Positions 20,524 through 29,959 of a stretch of 64,000 bases of DNA are shown piece by piece. Location of the stretch: contig CAZOBD010000004.1 in assembly GCA_964577665.1 (NCBI GenBank), positions 81 to 64,080 on the forward strand. Reading direction: 5' to 3'. The first letter of the stretch is position 1. Every line of letters starts with the position of its first letter. The notes beneath the pieces are model-generated. The model did not search any database and had not been told where the DNA came from. It saw only the letters and a program-made list of their open reading frames with translations. The position numbers and the translations under genes were made by a program. Source of the DNA: an uncultured Hyphomicrobiales bacterium. Its GTDB lineage: Bacteria; Bacteroidota; Ignavibacteria; Kapaibacteriales; UBA2268.

Positions 20524-21042
20524 ATGAAAAGTTATTTATTCATTATACTAATACTAAGCATATTGGCTTTAAGTTCCTGCGGGGACGGATTTTCCGGCTT
20601 CCACACGGTAAATTCCTTTACCGACAGCAGCAGTCTGGGAAAAATTTATTTTGCTTTTGTAGAAACAGAAAAGTTTGACACCACCGGCATGCGGCGTTTC
20701 GGAAAATATATTTTGGAAAAAGAAAATACTATTGATTTTAAAAAGAAAAATCTTCCGGTAGGTGTCGTAATTCACTTCTATAACCTTCAGGATACAGCAC
20801 AATTTGATACGAAAATGCAGGAAATAATAAAAATAAAATATCCAAATCTTACAAACGCCGAAAGCAAGCTCTATTATGTCAAAAAAGCATACATTTATTC
20901 TACTTTTTCACGAAAACTTCAGGGAGTAAATATTCCTCAAGACGTCATTCATACAACGGATGGTGTCATTCCGAGGGAAGGAGTTGATTTGAAAAAGATT
21001 ATGAAAAGACAAAATACAACAGGAAAGGATTCGCTGATATGA
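20524..21042 (+). CDS. Hypothetical lipoprotein
   Basis: Signal peptide + lipobox (ILALSSCGDG); 4-bp overlap with ltaE start. Confidence 0.4.
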   Translation: MKSYLFIILILSILALSSCGDGFSGFHTVNSFTDSSSLGKIYFAFVETEKFDTTGMRRFGKYILEKENTIDFKKKNLPVGVVIHFYNLQDTAQFDTKMQEIIKIKYPNLTNAESKLYYVKKAYIYSTFSRKLQGVNIPQDVIHTTDGVIPREGVDLKKIMKRQNTTGKDSLI

Positions 21043-22076
21043 TTGATTTGAGAAGCGACACTATGACCCTGCCCACTCGGGAAATGCGCCGCGTTATGTC
21101 TGAAGCTCCCGTAGGCGACGACGTTTTCGGAGAAGACCCTTCCGTGAATGAACTCCAGGAATATGCAGCAGACTTTTTAGGCAAAGAAGCCGCACTTTTT
21201 GTTCCTTCGGGCACTATGGGCAATCAGATTTGCGTAAACATACACACACAGCCGGGCGATGAAGTAATAATTGAAGAAGAGGCTCACATTTTCTATTACG
21301 AAACAGGTGCGCCCGCCCTGCTTTCCGGGCTTCTGCTCAGAACACTGCCCTCGGACAAAGGCGCCATGAACCCCGATTCCGTCAGAAAAGCTGTAAGACC
21401 GGATATTTACTATTTTCCGAGAACAGCTCTTATCTGCATTGAAAATACACACAACAGGCACAGCGGAGCAGTTATTCCGATGGAAAACATTATCGAACTA
21501 AAAAAAATTGCCGATGAGCGCTGTATAAAATATCACTGCGACGGAGCAAGAATATGGAATGCCGCCACAGCATTGAATATTGAACCGAATGAAATAGCAA
21601 AACATTTCGACACGCTTTCGGTATGTCTTTCAAAAGCACTGGGCGCTCCTGTCGGCTCTTTGATTGCCGGCAGTAAAGAACACATAAAAAAAGCGCTAAA
21701 GTTCCGAAAAATTCTCGGAGGAGGAATGAGGCAGGCGGGCATTATAGCTGCGGCAGGACTTTACGCCTTCAAGAATCATTATAAACTTTTGGAAGAAGAC
21801 CACCGCCAAGCCAAAGAATTTTCAAAACTTATCTCCGAATCAGATTATATTGACATAAATCCGGAAACTATTCAGACTAATATTGTTGTTTTCAGCCATT
21901 CCGAAAAATTTTCTTCAGAAGTACTTTTTGAAGAATGTAAAAGAAAAGGCGTTCTGATAATTCCTGTCGGAAAATTTTCTATCAGGTGCGTTTTTTATTT
22001 TCAAATTTCCCGGAAAGACATGCTGAAAGCAGCTCAGGTAATAAAAGATTCCGTTTCAAAACTTATGAAAAAATAG
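21039..22076 (+). CDS. ltaE: Low-specificity L-threonine aldolase
   Basis: 345 aa; N-terminus MIDLRSDTMTLPTREM…APVGDDVFGEDPSVNELQEYAA nearly colinear with E. coli LtaE; PLP-lysine region …CLSKALGAPVGSLIAG…. Confidence 0.8.
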   Translation: MIDLRSDTMTLPTREMRRVMSEAPVGDDVFGEDPSVNELQEYAADFLGKEAALFVPSGTMGNQICVNIHTQPGDEVIIEEEAHIFYYETGAPALLSGLLLRTLPSDKGAMNPDSVRKAVRPDIYYFPRTALICIENTHNRHSGAVIPMENIIELKKIADERCIKYHCDGARIWNAATALNIEPNEIAKHFDTLSVCLSKALGAPVGSLIAGSKEHIKKALKFRKILGGGMRQAGIIAAAGLYAFKNHYKLLEEDHRQAKEFSKLISESDYIDINPETIQTNIVVFSHSEKFSSEVLFEECKRKGVLIIPVGKFSIRCVFYFQISRKDMLKAAQVIKDSVSKLMKK

Positions 22077-22077
22077 C

Positions 22078-22551
22078 ATGGAAAAAAAAGAACTTTTAAA
22101 AAAGCTAAACGAAGAAACAAAACTTTTCAGGCACATAGTAAGTTCGCGGGTAAAATTCGCGGAAGTTGACTCTTTCGGAGTTACTCATAACATACAGTAT
22201 CTTTACTGGCTTGAATGGGCGCGGGTGGAATACCTGCAGAATCTCGGCGTCAAGCTTACATCAGAAACTTTTTTAACTGAGCTGCCACTCATGGTAGTCC
22301 ATACCCGGATAGATTACTTCTCACCCTGCACTTTCAATGATGAATACGAAGTTCTCTCACGTACTGCCCTTATGAAAAAATCCTCAATCCGCTTTGATAA
22401 TATCATCCGCCTGAAAAACGGACCTTTGCTCACGAAAGCATCTGCCGTGCTAGTGCATCTCAATCCCAAAACAAAGCGCCCCGCAGATATTCCTGACTTC
22501 TTCAAGGAAAAGGTTCTTTCTTTTGAAAAGGACAATGTGAAAATTCTTTGA
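22078..22551 (+). CDS. Hotdog-fold acyl-CoA thioesterase (YbgC/4HBT family)
   Basis: 157 aa; …FAEVDSFGVTHNIQYLYWLEWARVEYL… matches the 4HBT thioesterase core. Confidence 0.65.
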   Translation: MEKKELLKKLNEETKLFRHIVSSRVKFAEVDSFGVTHNIQYLYWLEWARVEYLQNLGVKLTSETFLTELPLMVVHTRIDYFSPCTFNDEYEVLSRTALMKKSSIRFDNIIRLKNGPLLTKASAVLVHLNPKTKRPADIPDFFKEKVLSFEKDNVKIL

Positions 22552-22643
22552 TATTATTCTCTCAAATTAACTCTATTTCACAGCATCATCTATTTAACAA
22601 TGATTCAAGTTTCAAAATTTTGTCTGATTTATGATTTATGGAA

Positions 22644-22883
22644 TTAAAGGATTATAAAATTCTCTTCAATTCGTAATTGGTCATTCGTAATTCTAAGGAA
22701 GCGGTACCATTGCCAGCCTAACATGAACTCAGTTTGCTGAAATTTATCCAAATCAAACGGTTCCGTATATGTTGAACTATTCGCATAGTAAGTAAATGTG
22801 AGAGAAGAAGGTTCTATATCCTGGGCATTCAAATTATAAGCACAGCAAAAAATAACTACTGCAAAAATCATCATCTTTTTCAT
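22644..22883 (-). CDS. Hypothetical small secreted protein
   Basis: 79-aa ORF with signal peptide (MKKMMIFAVVIFCCAYNLNAQ). Confidence 0.3.
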   Translation of the reverse strand: MKKMMIFAVVIFCCAYNLNAQDIEPSSLTFTYYANSSTYTEPFDLDKFQQTEFMLGWQWYRFLRITNDQLRIEENFIIL

Positions 22884-22887
22884 TGCT

Positions 22888-24255
22888 TTAACCCTCCTTC
22901 ACCACTTTGTAAGTTGTTACATTGCCACCACATATAAGTCTTATAAAGTAAATGCCGTTAGGGTATAAGGAAAGATTAATTGTTAAAGAACTACTGTCTA
23001 TTAAATCTTCCAATAAAATAGTCCCATTGTTATTGATTATTTCATAATATTGATTAGTGCTACTGCAGTTAACTTCAATATTAATTGTTCCATTAGTTGG
23101 ATTGGGATAAAAAGTACTATCAACAATAGAATCATCATTAATGCTACTAGGTTCCCATCGAGCTTTTACAACAGCGCAGATATCATACTTACCCGCTCCA
23201 ATATATTTATTGTTTTTTGAAACATCTAAGGACTTTGCTGAAGTAATAATATTATTGTACTGATATGTAATTATCTCATTTAATATGTCATATACAAATA
23301 CATCTCTATAAGCAGAAATACCAATAACTAAATATCTATCATCAATTGAATATGCAATCGATCTAAAGCAGGTATCTTTTTTAGTTATGGTCTGTTTTAA
23401 TTCTCTTTTTTCAAAATCCCATATTTTTACGGGTCCACCTGCAGATGCCAGATATTTTCCGTCGTGGGAAAAACAGATGTCCCTGATAGCGTAATCGTGT
23501 GTGCCGAGAATACCTTCGTATTTCATTGGGTTTGTATTAAAAATGTGAATTGGGCTATTTGAACCATTTTGATAAAATGTGCTAACAACAAAGTGTTCCT
23601 CGTCAGGTGAGAATTTTATTTTTCCATACTCCGTATCGGTTGATTGATATGCAATTTCATCAGTTCCTAAATCCCAAATACATATTTTACATTTTAATTG
23701 CCCGATACGTGCAACAACAGCTAAGTATTTGCTACTCGGTGAAATATCTATTGATTTAAAGGAAACCGAATCTTCATCAATAGTGAATGTTTTAACTAAT
23801 TTACCTGTTTCCGTTTCAAATAAATATGCAGAGTTATTTTTATAGCTGCCGTCATAATAGTAGAAGTTACCTCCTGCAACTGCAATAATGCTGCCGTCAG
23901 AATTAAAGTCAACACAATTGGTATAATTTGGCTGCTCAAATTCTCTAATCGAGTCTCCTGTCTCAACATCAAAAAGCTTCGGGTTCCTGTAATCAGCCGC
24001 AACCGCAAGATACCTGCTGTCGGGAGAAAACTTTACGCGGTTTATTTGTACACCTAATTCCTTTACCCACAGCACATCGGGGTCATCCTGTGCAAAAGCA
24101 GGAAGAGAAAGAAGAAGTAAAAGCGCCGCCGCCAGAAGAAGGGATGATCCCCCCAGCCCCCTTATAAATAAGAGTGTGTTTGAATTGCTGTGCTCTGATT
24201 TTGTTTTCAGAGCTGCCTTCTCCACCTTTACCAGAAAACTTTTTTTTGTAAACAT
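22888..24255 (-). CDS. WD40-like/beta-propeller repeat protein with T9SS C-terminal sorting domain (paralog A)
   Basis: Repeated …(K)FSPD(S/E)RYLA…/…FSHDGKYLASAGG…KIWDFEKRELK blocks; CTD …FYPNPTNGTINIEV…IYFIRLICGGNVTTYKVVKEG; start placed at MFTKKSF (conserved with paralog B) rather than ORF-track 24285. Confidence 0.6.
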   Translation of the reverse strand: MFTKKSFLVKVEKAALKTKSEHSNSNTLLFIRGLGGSSLLLAAALLLLLSLPAFAQDDPDVLWVKELGVQINRVKFSPDSRYLAVAADYRNPKLFDVETGDSIREFEQPNYTNCVDFNSDGSIIAVAGGNFYYYDGSYKNNSAYLFETETGKLVKTFTIDEDSVSFKSIDISPSSKYLAVVARIGQLKCKICIWDLGTDEIAYQSTDTEYGKIKFSPDEEHFVVSTFYQNGSNSPIHIFNTNPMKYEGILGTHDYAIRDICFSHDGKYLASAGGPVKIWDFEKRELKQTITKKDTCFRSIAYSIDDRYLVIGISAYRDVFVYDILNEIITYQYNNIITSAKSLDVSKNNKYIGAGKYDICAVVKARWEPSSINDDSIVDSTFYPNPTNGTINIEVNCSSTNQYYEIINNNGTILLEDLIDSSSLTINLSLYPNGIYFIRLICGGNVTTYKVVKEG

Positions 24256-24382
24256 AGTTTTTCCTTTTATTTTTTCAAAAAACACACCAATTATAAATAT
24301 AATAAAAAATAAGATAAATAGTTACAAAATAAAAAACATAAAGAATCGTAAAATTATTAAAGCTACAAAATAAGGAATTTTT

Positions 24383-24637
24383 ATGACGGAGTATAAAGAG
24401 ATAAACAAAGTATTATACAGAAGCGGCAAGCCTATTGCATTACTGCTTGATATTTCAGAATTTAAGTTGTTTTTAAAAGATAAGGAAAATTTTAATATCA
24501 TAAGCAGACCTGTCGAAGAAAAAGGTAAAAGCATCAGTGATTTTGTCGGGGCTTTAAACCATTATGCAAATCCTGAACTGATTGAGAAAGAAAAAGATGC
24601 ATGGAAAAATGCAGTGAAGGAAAAATATGCTTGCTGA
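24383..24637 (+). CDS. Putative antitoxin of a VapBC-like toxin-antitoxin pair
   Basis: 84-aa ORF overlapping the downstream PIN-domain gene by 11 bp; no family recognised by eye. Confidence 0.5.
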   Translation: MTEYKEINKVLYRSGKPIALLLDISEFKLFLKDKENFNIISRPVEEKGKSISDFVGALNHYANPELIEKEKDAWKNAVKEKYAC

Positions 24638-24983
24638 TGCAAATGCCATACTTCGTATATTTTTGAACGACATACCCGATCAAAAAGAAACAGCCCTTGA
24701 ACGGATAAAACAGCAGAAAACTAAAATTCCCAATGAAGTAATTGCAGAAGTCGTTTATGTGCTTACCACTGTTTATCACGTTACAAGGGAAGAAATAGCT
24801 TTAAATTTAGAAGGCTTGCTTAAGTCCCGTGACATTATTGCTGAACCTTTGCAAATTCTTGCCGTGAATTTCTTCAGGAATGAGGCTCTTGACATAGTAG
24901 ATTGTTTTCTTCTGGCGGGCAATTATCTTTTCAACGAGGATGTTCTGACCTTTGACAAACGGCTTTTAAGCAAATTGAGATAA
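24627..24983 (+). CDS. vapC: PIN-domain ribonuclease toxin (VapC-like)
   Basis: 118 aa; acidic PIN residues in expected positions (MLADANAIL…, …VVYVLTT…, …DCFLLA…, …TFDKRL…). Confidence 0.7.
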   Translation: MLADANAILRIFLNDIPDQKETALERIKQQKTKIPNEVIAEVVYVLTTVYHVTREEIALNLEGLLKSRDIIAEPLQILAVNFFRNEALDIVDCFLLAGNYLFNEDVLTFDKRLLSKLR

Positions 24984-25018
24984 ATCATTATACTTCCGGT
25001 ATTATAAATTGTTTTTCC

Positions 25019-25060
25019 GGCGGTTAGAATTGTGCTTCTGGCGGTTAGAATTGTGCTTCT
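25019..25060. repeat. Perfect 2x21-bp tandem direct repeat GGCGGTTAGAATTGTGCTTCT
   Basis: Direct reading; lies just downstream of vapC. Confidence 0.8.
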
Positions 25061-25203
25061 AAGGGCTTAGTTGAACGATTCTGTCTATTTATCATATATT
25101 TTTCTTCCTTTATCAAGCAATTCTCTTAGTTTATCATTCAATTCTATCTGTTTATCAAACAATCCATGGCAATATAATTTTTTTTATTTTCGGAAGAAGG
25201 CTC

Positions 25204-26565
25204 TTATCTCTTCACAATAATTTTAATTGTTTTAAAAAAATCGCTGCAAGAAATATTACAGAAGTAAGTGCCTGATGATAATCCGTCTGCATTTATGTTC
25301 ATTGTATTTAAACCTGCTTCAAGATACCCCTCAAATACTTTTTTAACTAATTGACCGTTGATATTATTTAAATCAATATTAGTTATGCCGTTATGTGGAA
25401 GGTTGAAACTTATAACAGCTTCATTTGTTATTGGGTTAGGATAAATAATGCTGTTGTTTTCATTAAAAGGTTCCTCAATAATACTTGGTACCCATTTTGC
25501 ATTTAATAATAATACTCTATATCCATAACCGGAACCAATATATTGATTATCTGATGAAACATCTAACGATAGTGGTGTACCTTTTACAGAATTAAGATGA
25601 TAAACATATTCAGTATTATTTATATCATATATAAAAACATCTCTATAAAATAAAAAACCCATAACAAGAAAATTGTCATCCATAGAATATGCAATCGATC
25701 CAAAGCCGGTATCTTTTTTAGTTATAGTCTGTTTTAATTCTCTTTTTTCAAAATCCCAAATCTTAACATCTCCCGCTGCAGATGCCAGATATTTCCCGTC
25801 GTGGGAAAAACAGATGTCGGCGATAGCATAATCATGTGAGCCGAGAATACCTTCGTTTTTCATTGGGTTTGTAGAAAATACATAGATATAGTTGGTTTTT
25901 GATTCTGGATATGGGTAGGTTTGGCATATAACGAAATGCTGATCATCAGGTGAAAATACAACTTTACTTATATACTGATAATTGCTTTGATATATTATTT
26001 CATTTGAAATTAAATTCCAAATTTTTATTAAATACCTATTTGTTCCACTTTTAAAAACAGCCGCTAATAATTCACCATTGTGTGAAATATCAATTGAAGT
26101 AACATAAACTGAATCTTCATTCAGATCAATTTTTTTTAATTCATCTCCAGTTTCCACACTATATATATTGATGTAATCATTATATCCGGCGCTTGCTAAA
26201 AGAGAGCCGTCATCAGTAAAATCAAGTGTATTTGTTCCTCCACCAATAAATTCTCTAATCAAATCACCTGTTTCTACATCGAAAAGCTTCGGATTCCTGT
26301 AATCAGCCGCAACCGCAAGATACCTGCTGTCGGGAGAAAATTTCACGCAGTTGATTTTCACACCTAATTCCTTTACCCACACCACATCGGGGTCATCCTG
26401 TGCAAAAGCAGGAAGAGAAAGAAGAAGTAAAAGCGCCGCCGCCAGAAGAAGGGATGATCCCCCCAGCCCCCTTATAAATAAGAGTGTGTTTGAATTGCTG
26501 TGCTCTGATTTTGTTTTCAGAGCTGCCTTCTCCACCTTTACCAGAAAACTTTTTTTTGTAAACAT
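25204..26565 (-). CDS. WD40-like/beta-propeller repeat protein with T9SS C-terminal sorting domain (paralog B)
   Basis: First ~75 codons and ~210 bp of 5' region essentially identical at DNA level to paralog A (23975-24262 vs 26275-26572); second near-identical tract 23380-23530 vs 25695-25845; CTD …IYPNPITNEAVISFNL…TYFCNISCSDFFKTIKIIVKR. Confidence 0.6.
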   Translation of the reverse strand: MFTKKSFLVKVEKAALKTKSEHSNSNTLLFIRGLGGSSLLLAAALLLLLSLPAFAQDDPDVVWVKELGVKINCVKFSPDSRYLAVAADYRNPKLFDVETGDLIREFIGGGTNTLDFTDDGSLLASAGYNDYINIYSVETGDELKKIDLNEDSVYVTSIDISHNGELLAAVFKSGTNRYLIKIWNLISNEIIYQSNYQYISKVVFSPDDQHFVICQTYPYPESKTNYIYVFSTNPMKNEGILGSHDYAIADICFSHDGKYLASAAGDVKIWDFEKRELKQTITKKDTGFGSIAYSMDDNFLVMGFLFYRDVFIYDINNTEYVYHLNSVKGTPLSLDVSSDNQYIGSGYGYRVLLLNAKWVPSIIEEPFNENNSIIYPNPITNEAVISFNLPHNGITNIDLNNINGQLVKKVFEGYLEAGLNTMNINADGLSSGTYFCNISCSDFFKTIKIIVKR

Positions 26566-26639
26566 ATAAACCTCCACGGGATAAATTTTCAATTTTGCAA
26601 TTTACAATTTTCAATCAATTTAACAATGATTCAATTTTC

Positions 26640-26720
26640 AATGATACCGCGTCAGCGGTTAAATATTTGTAGCAAATTGTTTTAAAAGAATATCTTACCG
26701 CATCAGCGGTTAATTATTTA
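26640..26720. promoter_or_regulatory. Two copies of an ACCGC(G/A)TCAGCGGTTAA(A/T)TATTT palindrome-containing site upstream of paralog B (candidate operator)
   Basis: Copies at ~26646-26668 and ~26700-26722; each contains inverted repeat ACCGC…GCGGT; location is 5' of the minus-strand gene start at 26565. Confidence 0.3.
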
Positions 26721-26855
26721 ATCCCTGACTAGATAACTCTAACTTTTCTTTGCACTTATTACTTCTCAAAATCTCATATCTTAATATCACACGTACTAAT
26801 AAGACACATGAAACGCAAAAACATCTCAGGATTTATTTGAATTTATCTGTTTATT

Positions 26856-27155
26856 TTACTTCTCAACGAAATATTTATACTCGGGCTGCGAGCCCGGATT
26901 GCTAAGCGGAGAAAGCCACATTCTAATGATTTCTACAAGCTGTTCAGGAGATTTTGTCCGCATTTTTTTGTTGAATTCCTTAATAAGAGCCTCAAGATAA
27001 GCGTGGCGCTTCGAGTAAAAAAGATTTTTTTTTCGGAGGGACATAAGGGCATAATTGTCAATACGCTCCCTTCCCTTTCCCGGCACTTCGGGAGGTATTT
27101 TTTTGTAGATGTCTATTGTATCATTTCTAAACTTGTAATAGCGGACTTTCGCCAT
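26856..27155 (-). CDS. Hypothetical protein
   Basis: 99-aa basic ORF, no family recognised. Confidence 0.35.
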   Translation of the reverse strand: MAKVRYYKFRNDTIDIYKKIPPEVPGKGRERIDNYALMSLRKKNLFYSKRHAYLEALIKEFNKKMRTKSPEQLVEIIRMWLSPLSNPGSQPEYKYFVEK

Positions 27156-27159
27156 TTTT

Positions 27160-27395
27160 CGACCCCTCCCCGTCCCTCCCTTACAAGTAAGGGAGGTAGC
27201 ATTAATTTTTAATTTTTCAATTATCTTATAAAATAGTTAATATTTTTTTAAAATCAAAATAATATAATCTGATACATACGAACAAAAGCCGCACTCAGCA
27301 AAGAATGCGGCTTTCTAACTATCAGTTTAGGGGAGTTCTAAATATTGCTAAACTGTCATTCCTGCATTCGCAGGAATGACAGTTTTTAGAACCCG
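27160..27395. repeat. Intergenic hairpins: CCTCCCTTACAAGTAAGGGAGG (27170-27200) and a ~60-bp imperfect palindrome GTTCTAAATATTGCTAAACTGTCATTCCTGC-ATTC-GCAGGAATGACAGTTTTTAGAAC (27330-27392)
   Basis: Direct reading; G/C-rich CCCTCCC motif shared with the other mosaic loci; sits between two minus-strand genes, so may act as terminator/insulator. Confidence 0.6.
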
Positions 27396-27415
27396 CGTTT
27401 ATTCAGATGAAATTC

Positions 27416-28774
27416 TTAGCTGCGGAGAGACTGTCTTGCTTTAACATCCATTGATTCCTTCAGAGAGATAATAATTTTCTCTGCCAGCTGCTCTCCGACC
27501 ACACTTTCAAGATTTTCAGTGTTAGAAATAAATTCTGTAACTGCGTCTTCAATTCTTTTGCGTACTATTTCGGAAGCCTGTCCGACCAAAGCCGTAACGA
27601 GCAGATGAATGTCATGCTGCTGGCCGCGCAGAGCCTCGAGCTGGCTGCGGTTTGCATCTTCCATCTTCTTGAGCATCTTGTCCATGCGCTCCTCTTCTTC
27701 GGTATAAATAAGAGTAATGGCAAGCAGTGCCAGCATAGTAAACTCAAGGAAAATAGCCAAAAGAATAAAAGAAGGTTTCGAAGCCGGGATAAACTTCAAC
27801 CCGCGGATACCCACAGCAACGATAAGGAAAGCTGCGCCGCCGTATGCCAGACCTGTTACGTTGTTCGCATATTTTTCAGTAAAGTGATGCGCCATGTATA
27901 TTCTCAAGCCTGCAAAGATGAGTAAATGATTTCTTCTCCAGAGAAGGCTGGATTTTGTATCTTCGATTTCTTTAAGCACGAAGTCAGAGAAGAACTCCTG
28001 TATTCTATTGTAAAGCGCTCTGTTTCGAAACGCAACCAAATCTACATTTTCGTCATAAAGATCATCAAAAGTAATTGCCTGACGGGAAGAGGCAGATTCA
28101 TCCGAGCCTGTTCTGTCCCAAACAGTACGGAAGTATCTTTCTACATCCATGGGATCTTTTTCTCTTAGTTTGTCGTCGGGCATGGTAAGAAGTTCGACAA
28201 TGGTATCCGTAAAGCCTGTCTGCAGCCTGATTTTAACCTTGGTATGGTCTATCTGCTTGTCGAACAGCACGGACATAAAACCTATGCTGGTAGGCAGAAT
28301 CATCGTAACCAGAGCTGTAACAAAAACTGCCAGCACAAGCGCAAGCCACCATAGCCCTACCCATGGCTCCAAAATAATAGCATGCTCGCCGAGCACTTCC
28401 GACTTTGCATAAAACTCCTGGGCGCCCTTGACATAACCGTGTTTTGGTTCGGTTCTTTCTTCAAAAGAAAAGTCGAAGATAAAGTCGCCGTTAATATACT
28501 CTTTTTTGATTTCAACGTCTCTGCCCTGATAAAGGTTTTCTTTGTCCTTTGATACCGAAGCCCATACCAGACCCTCAAACTCAACGAAACCTATTTTCGT
28601 AAGCTGCTCGCCTGAAGGCTGGAACAAAGGAACAACGAAACCGGCTATGCCGGCGGGAATTACCTTCAATTGGAAGACCACAAATAAGACCACAACCATT
28701 ACAATTGCAATGATTATCTGCTGCGGGCCAAGTTTCTGACTCTTGGACTTTTCGCTATAGGGTGAATTAGCCAT
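27416..28774 (-). CDS. Hypothetical polytopic membrane protein with C-terminal coiled-coil
   Basis: 452 aa; ~5 predicted TM helices; C-terminal ~100 aa heptad-like charged segment (…EEERMDKMLKKMEDANRSQLEALRGQQ…). Confidence 0.45.
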   Translation of the reverse strand: MANSPYSEKSKSQKLGPQQIIIAIVMVVVLFVVFQLKVIPAGIAGFVVPLFQPSGEQLTKIGFVEFEGLVWASVSKDKENLYQGRDVEIKKEYINGDFIFDFSFEERTEPKHGYVKGAQEFYAKSEVLGEHAIILEPWVGLWWLALVLAVFVTALVTMILPTSIGFMSVLFDKQIDHTKVKIRLQTGFTDTIVELLTMPDDKLREKDPMDVERYFRTVWDRTGSDESASSRQAITFDDLYDENVDLVAFRNRALYNRIQEFFSDFVLKEIEDTKSSLLWRRNHLLIFAGLRIYMAHHFTEKYANNVTGLAYGGAAFLIVAVGIRGLKFIPASKPSFILLAIFLEFTMLALLAITLIYTEEEERMDKMLKKMEDANRSQLEALRGQQHDIHLLVTALVGQASEIVRKRIEDAVTEFISNTENLESVVGEQLAEKIIISLKESMDVKARQSLRS

Positions 28775-29083
28775 TTTTGTTTCAATCTCCTTAAAATTTA
28801 TAAATTATGACTTAGATTTCCTTTTTCAATGTGCAAATATACAAAACTTATGTGTTTTGTACTTTGTGAAAATTTCTAAACACAATATAAAAATATATTT
28901 TTTCAGCGCCAATAACGGTTTGTATGATTTTTTTGTAGAAATTTCCCATACACTTTGTAGTTATTTTTACTACATAATTTTTCCAAAATAAATTTTTCAG
29001 AAAAAACTAACAGAAATATTATTTTGTTTGTGTGCAAATTATTAAATTGTAAAGAAACAGTTTAGCGAATATCGGCGTTAGGT

Positions 29084-29959
29084 ATGAAAGAACCAAAAGA
29101 AAATATAATAACGGTCAAAGGATTGCATAAATATTACGGCGACGAGCATATCTTAAAGGGAGTTGACCTTACTGTTCAAAAAGGCGAACTTGTTTCAATC
29201 ATAGGTGGTTCCGGCTGCGGGAAGACTACTTTTCTGCGCTGTCTTAACTGCCTCGAGCTTTTCGACGAAGGCACCGTAAGGATAGCAGGCATCACTCTTA
29301 CAAGGCAGAACCCCAAGGAAAGATTTGATAAAAAGTTTCTGAAAAAAGCAGGCGACCTGAGAAAGATGGTCGGTATGCCAGTGCAGGATCAAAAAAAGAA
29401 GGACGGCGCTGACGGACTTGACGAAGATTTTCTGCTGAAGGCACATACTTTACGCACAAGAGTAGGAATGCTCTTTCAGAATCTGAACCTGTTTCCAAAC
29501 AAAACCGTGTTAGAAAATGTAATTTCGGCACCGATGATTGTTAAAAAAGAGAGCAGACACAGAGCAAAAAGCAAGGCTGTAGAATTGCTTGAAAAAGTCG
29601 GTCTGTCTGATTTTGTCGAACGTTTTCCGTCGGAACTTTCCGGCGGACAGGCTCAGAGAGTAGCAATAGCCCGCGCCCTTGCCATGTCCCCTCAGGTAAT
29701 GCTTTACGACGAGCCTACTTCCGCACTCGACCCCGAACTGGTGCAGGAAGTTCTGGAAGTTATGGAAAACCTTCATAAAGAAGGCATGACCCAGATTGTA
29801 GTTACTCATGCCATGCACTTTGCAAGAGAAGCTTCCGACAAAGTTGCTTTCATGGACGAGGGTATTATTTTGGAAGAAGGCACCCCCGACGAGATATTTA
29901 ATAATCCGAAATTAGAACGAACTCGTGAATACTTGCATATTTTCCGGGAATCGAGATGA
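29084..29959 (+). CDS. Polar amino acid ABC transporter ATP-binding protein (GlnQ/HisP-like) with a ~50-aa insertion
   Basis: Walker [10 protein letters not shown], signature [15 protein letters not shown], Walker [13 protein letters not shown]-loop VVTHAM; insertion [41 protein letters not shown] between Q-loop region and signature. Confidence 0.85.
   Translation: MKEPKENIITVKGLHKYYGDEHILKGVDLTVQKGELVSIIGGSGCGKTTFLRCLNCLELFDEGTVRIAGITLTRQNPKERFDKKFLKKAGDLRKMVGMPVQDQKKKDGADGLDEDFLLKAHTLRTRVGMLFQNLNLFPNKTVLENVISAPMIVKKESRHRAKSKAVELLEKVGLSDFVERFPSELSGGQAQRVAIARALAMSPQVMLYDEPTSALDPELVQEVLEVMENLHKEGMTQIVVTHAMHFAREASDKVAFMDEGIILEEGTPDEIFNNPKLERTREYLHIFRESR

Noticed and set aside
27416-28774. ZorA-like (MotA + coiled-coil) defense protein
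   Set aside because: Coiled-coil tail is only ~100 aa, no MotB/ZorB-like or ZorC/D partners adjacent; neighbours are an ABC importer. Insufficient evidence.
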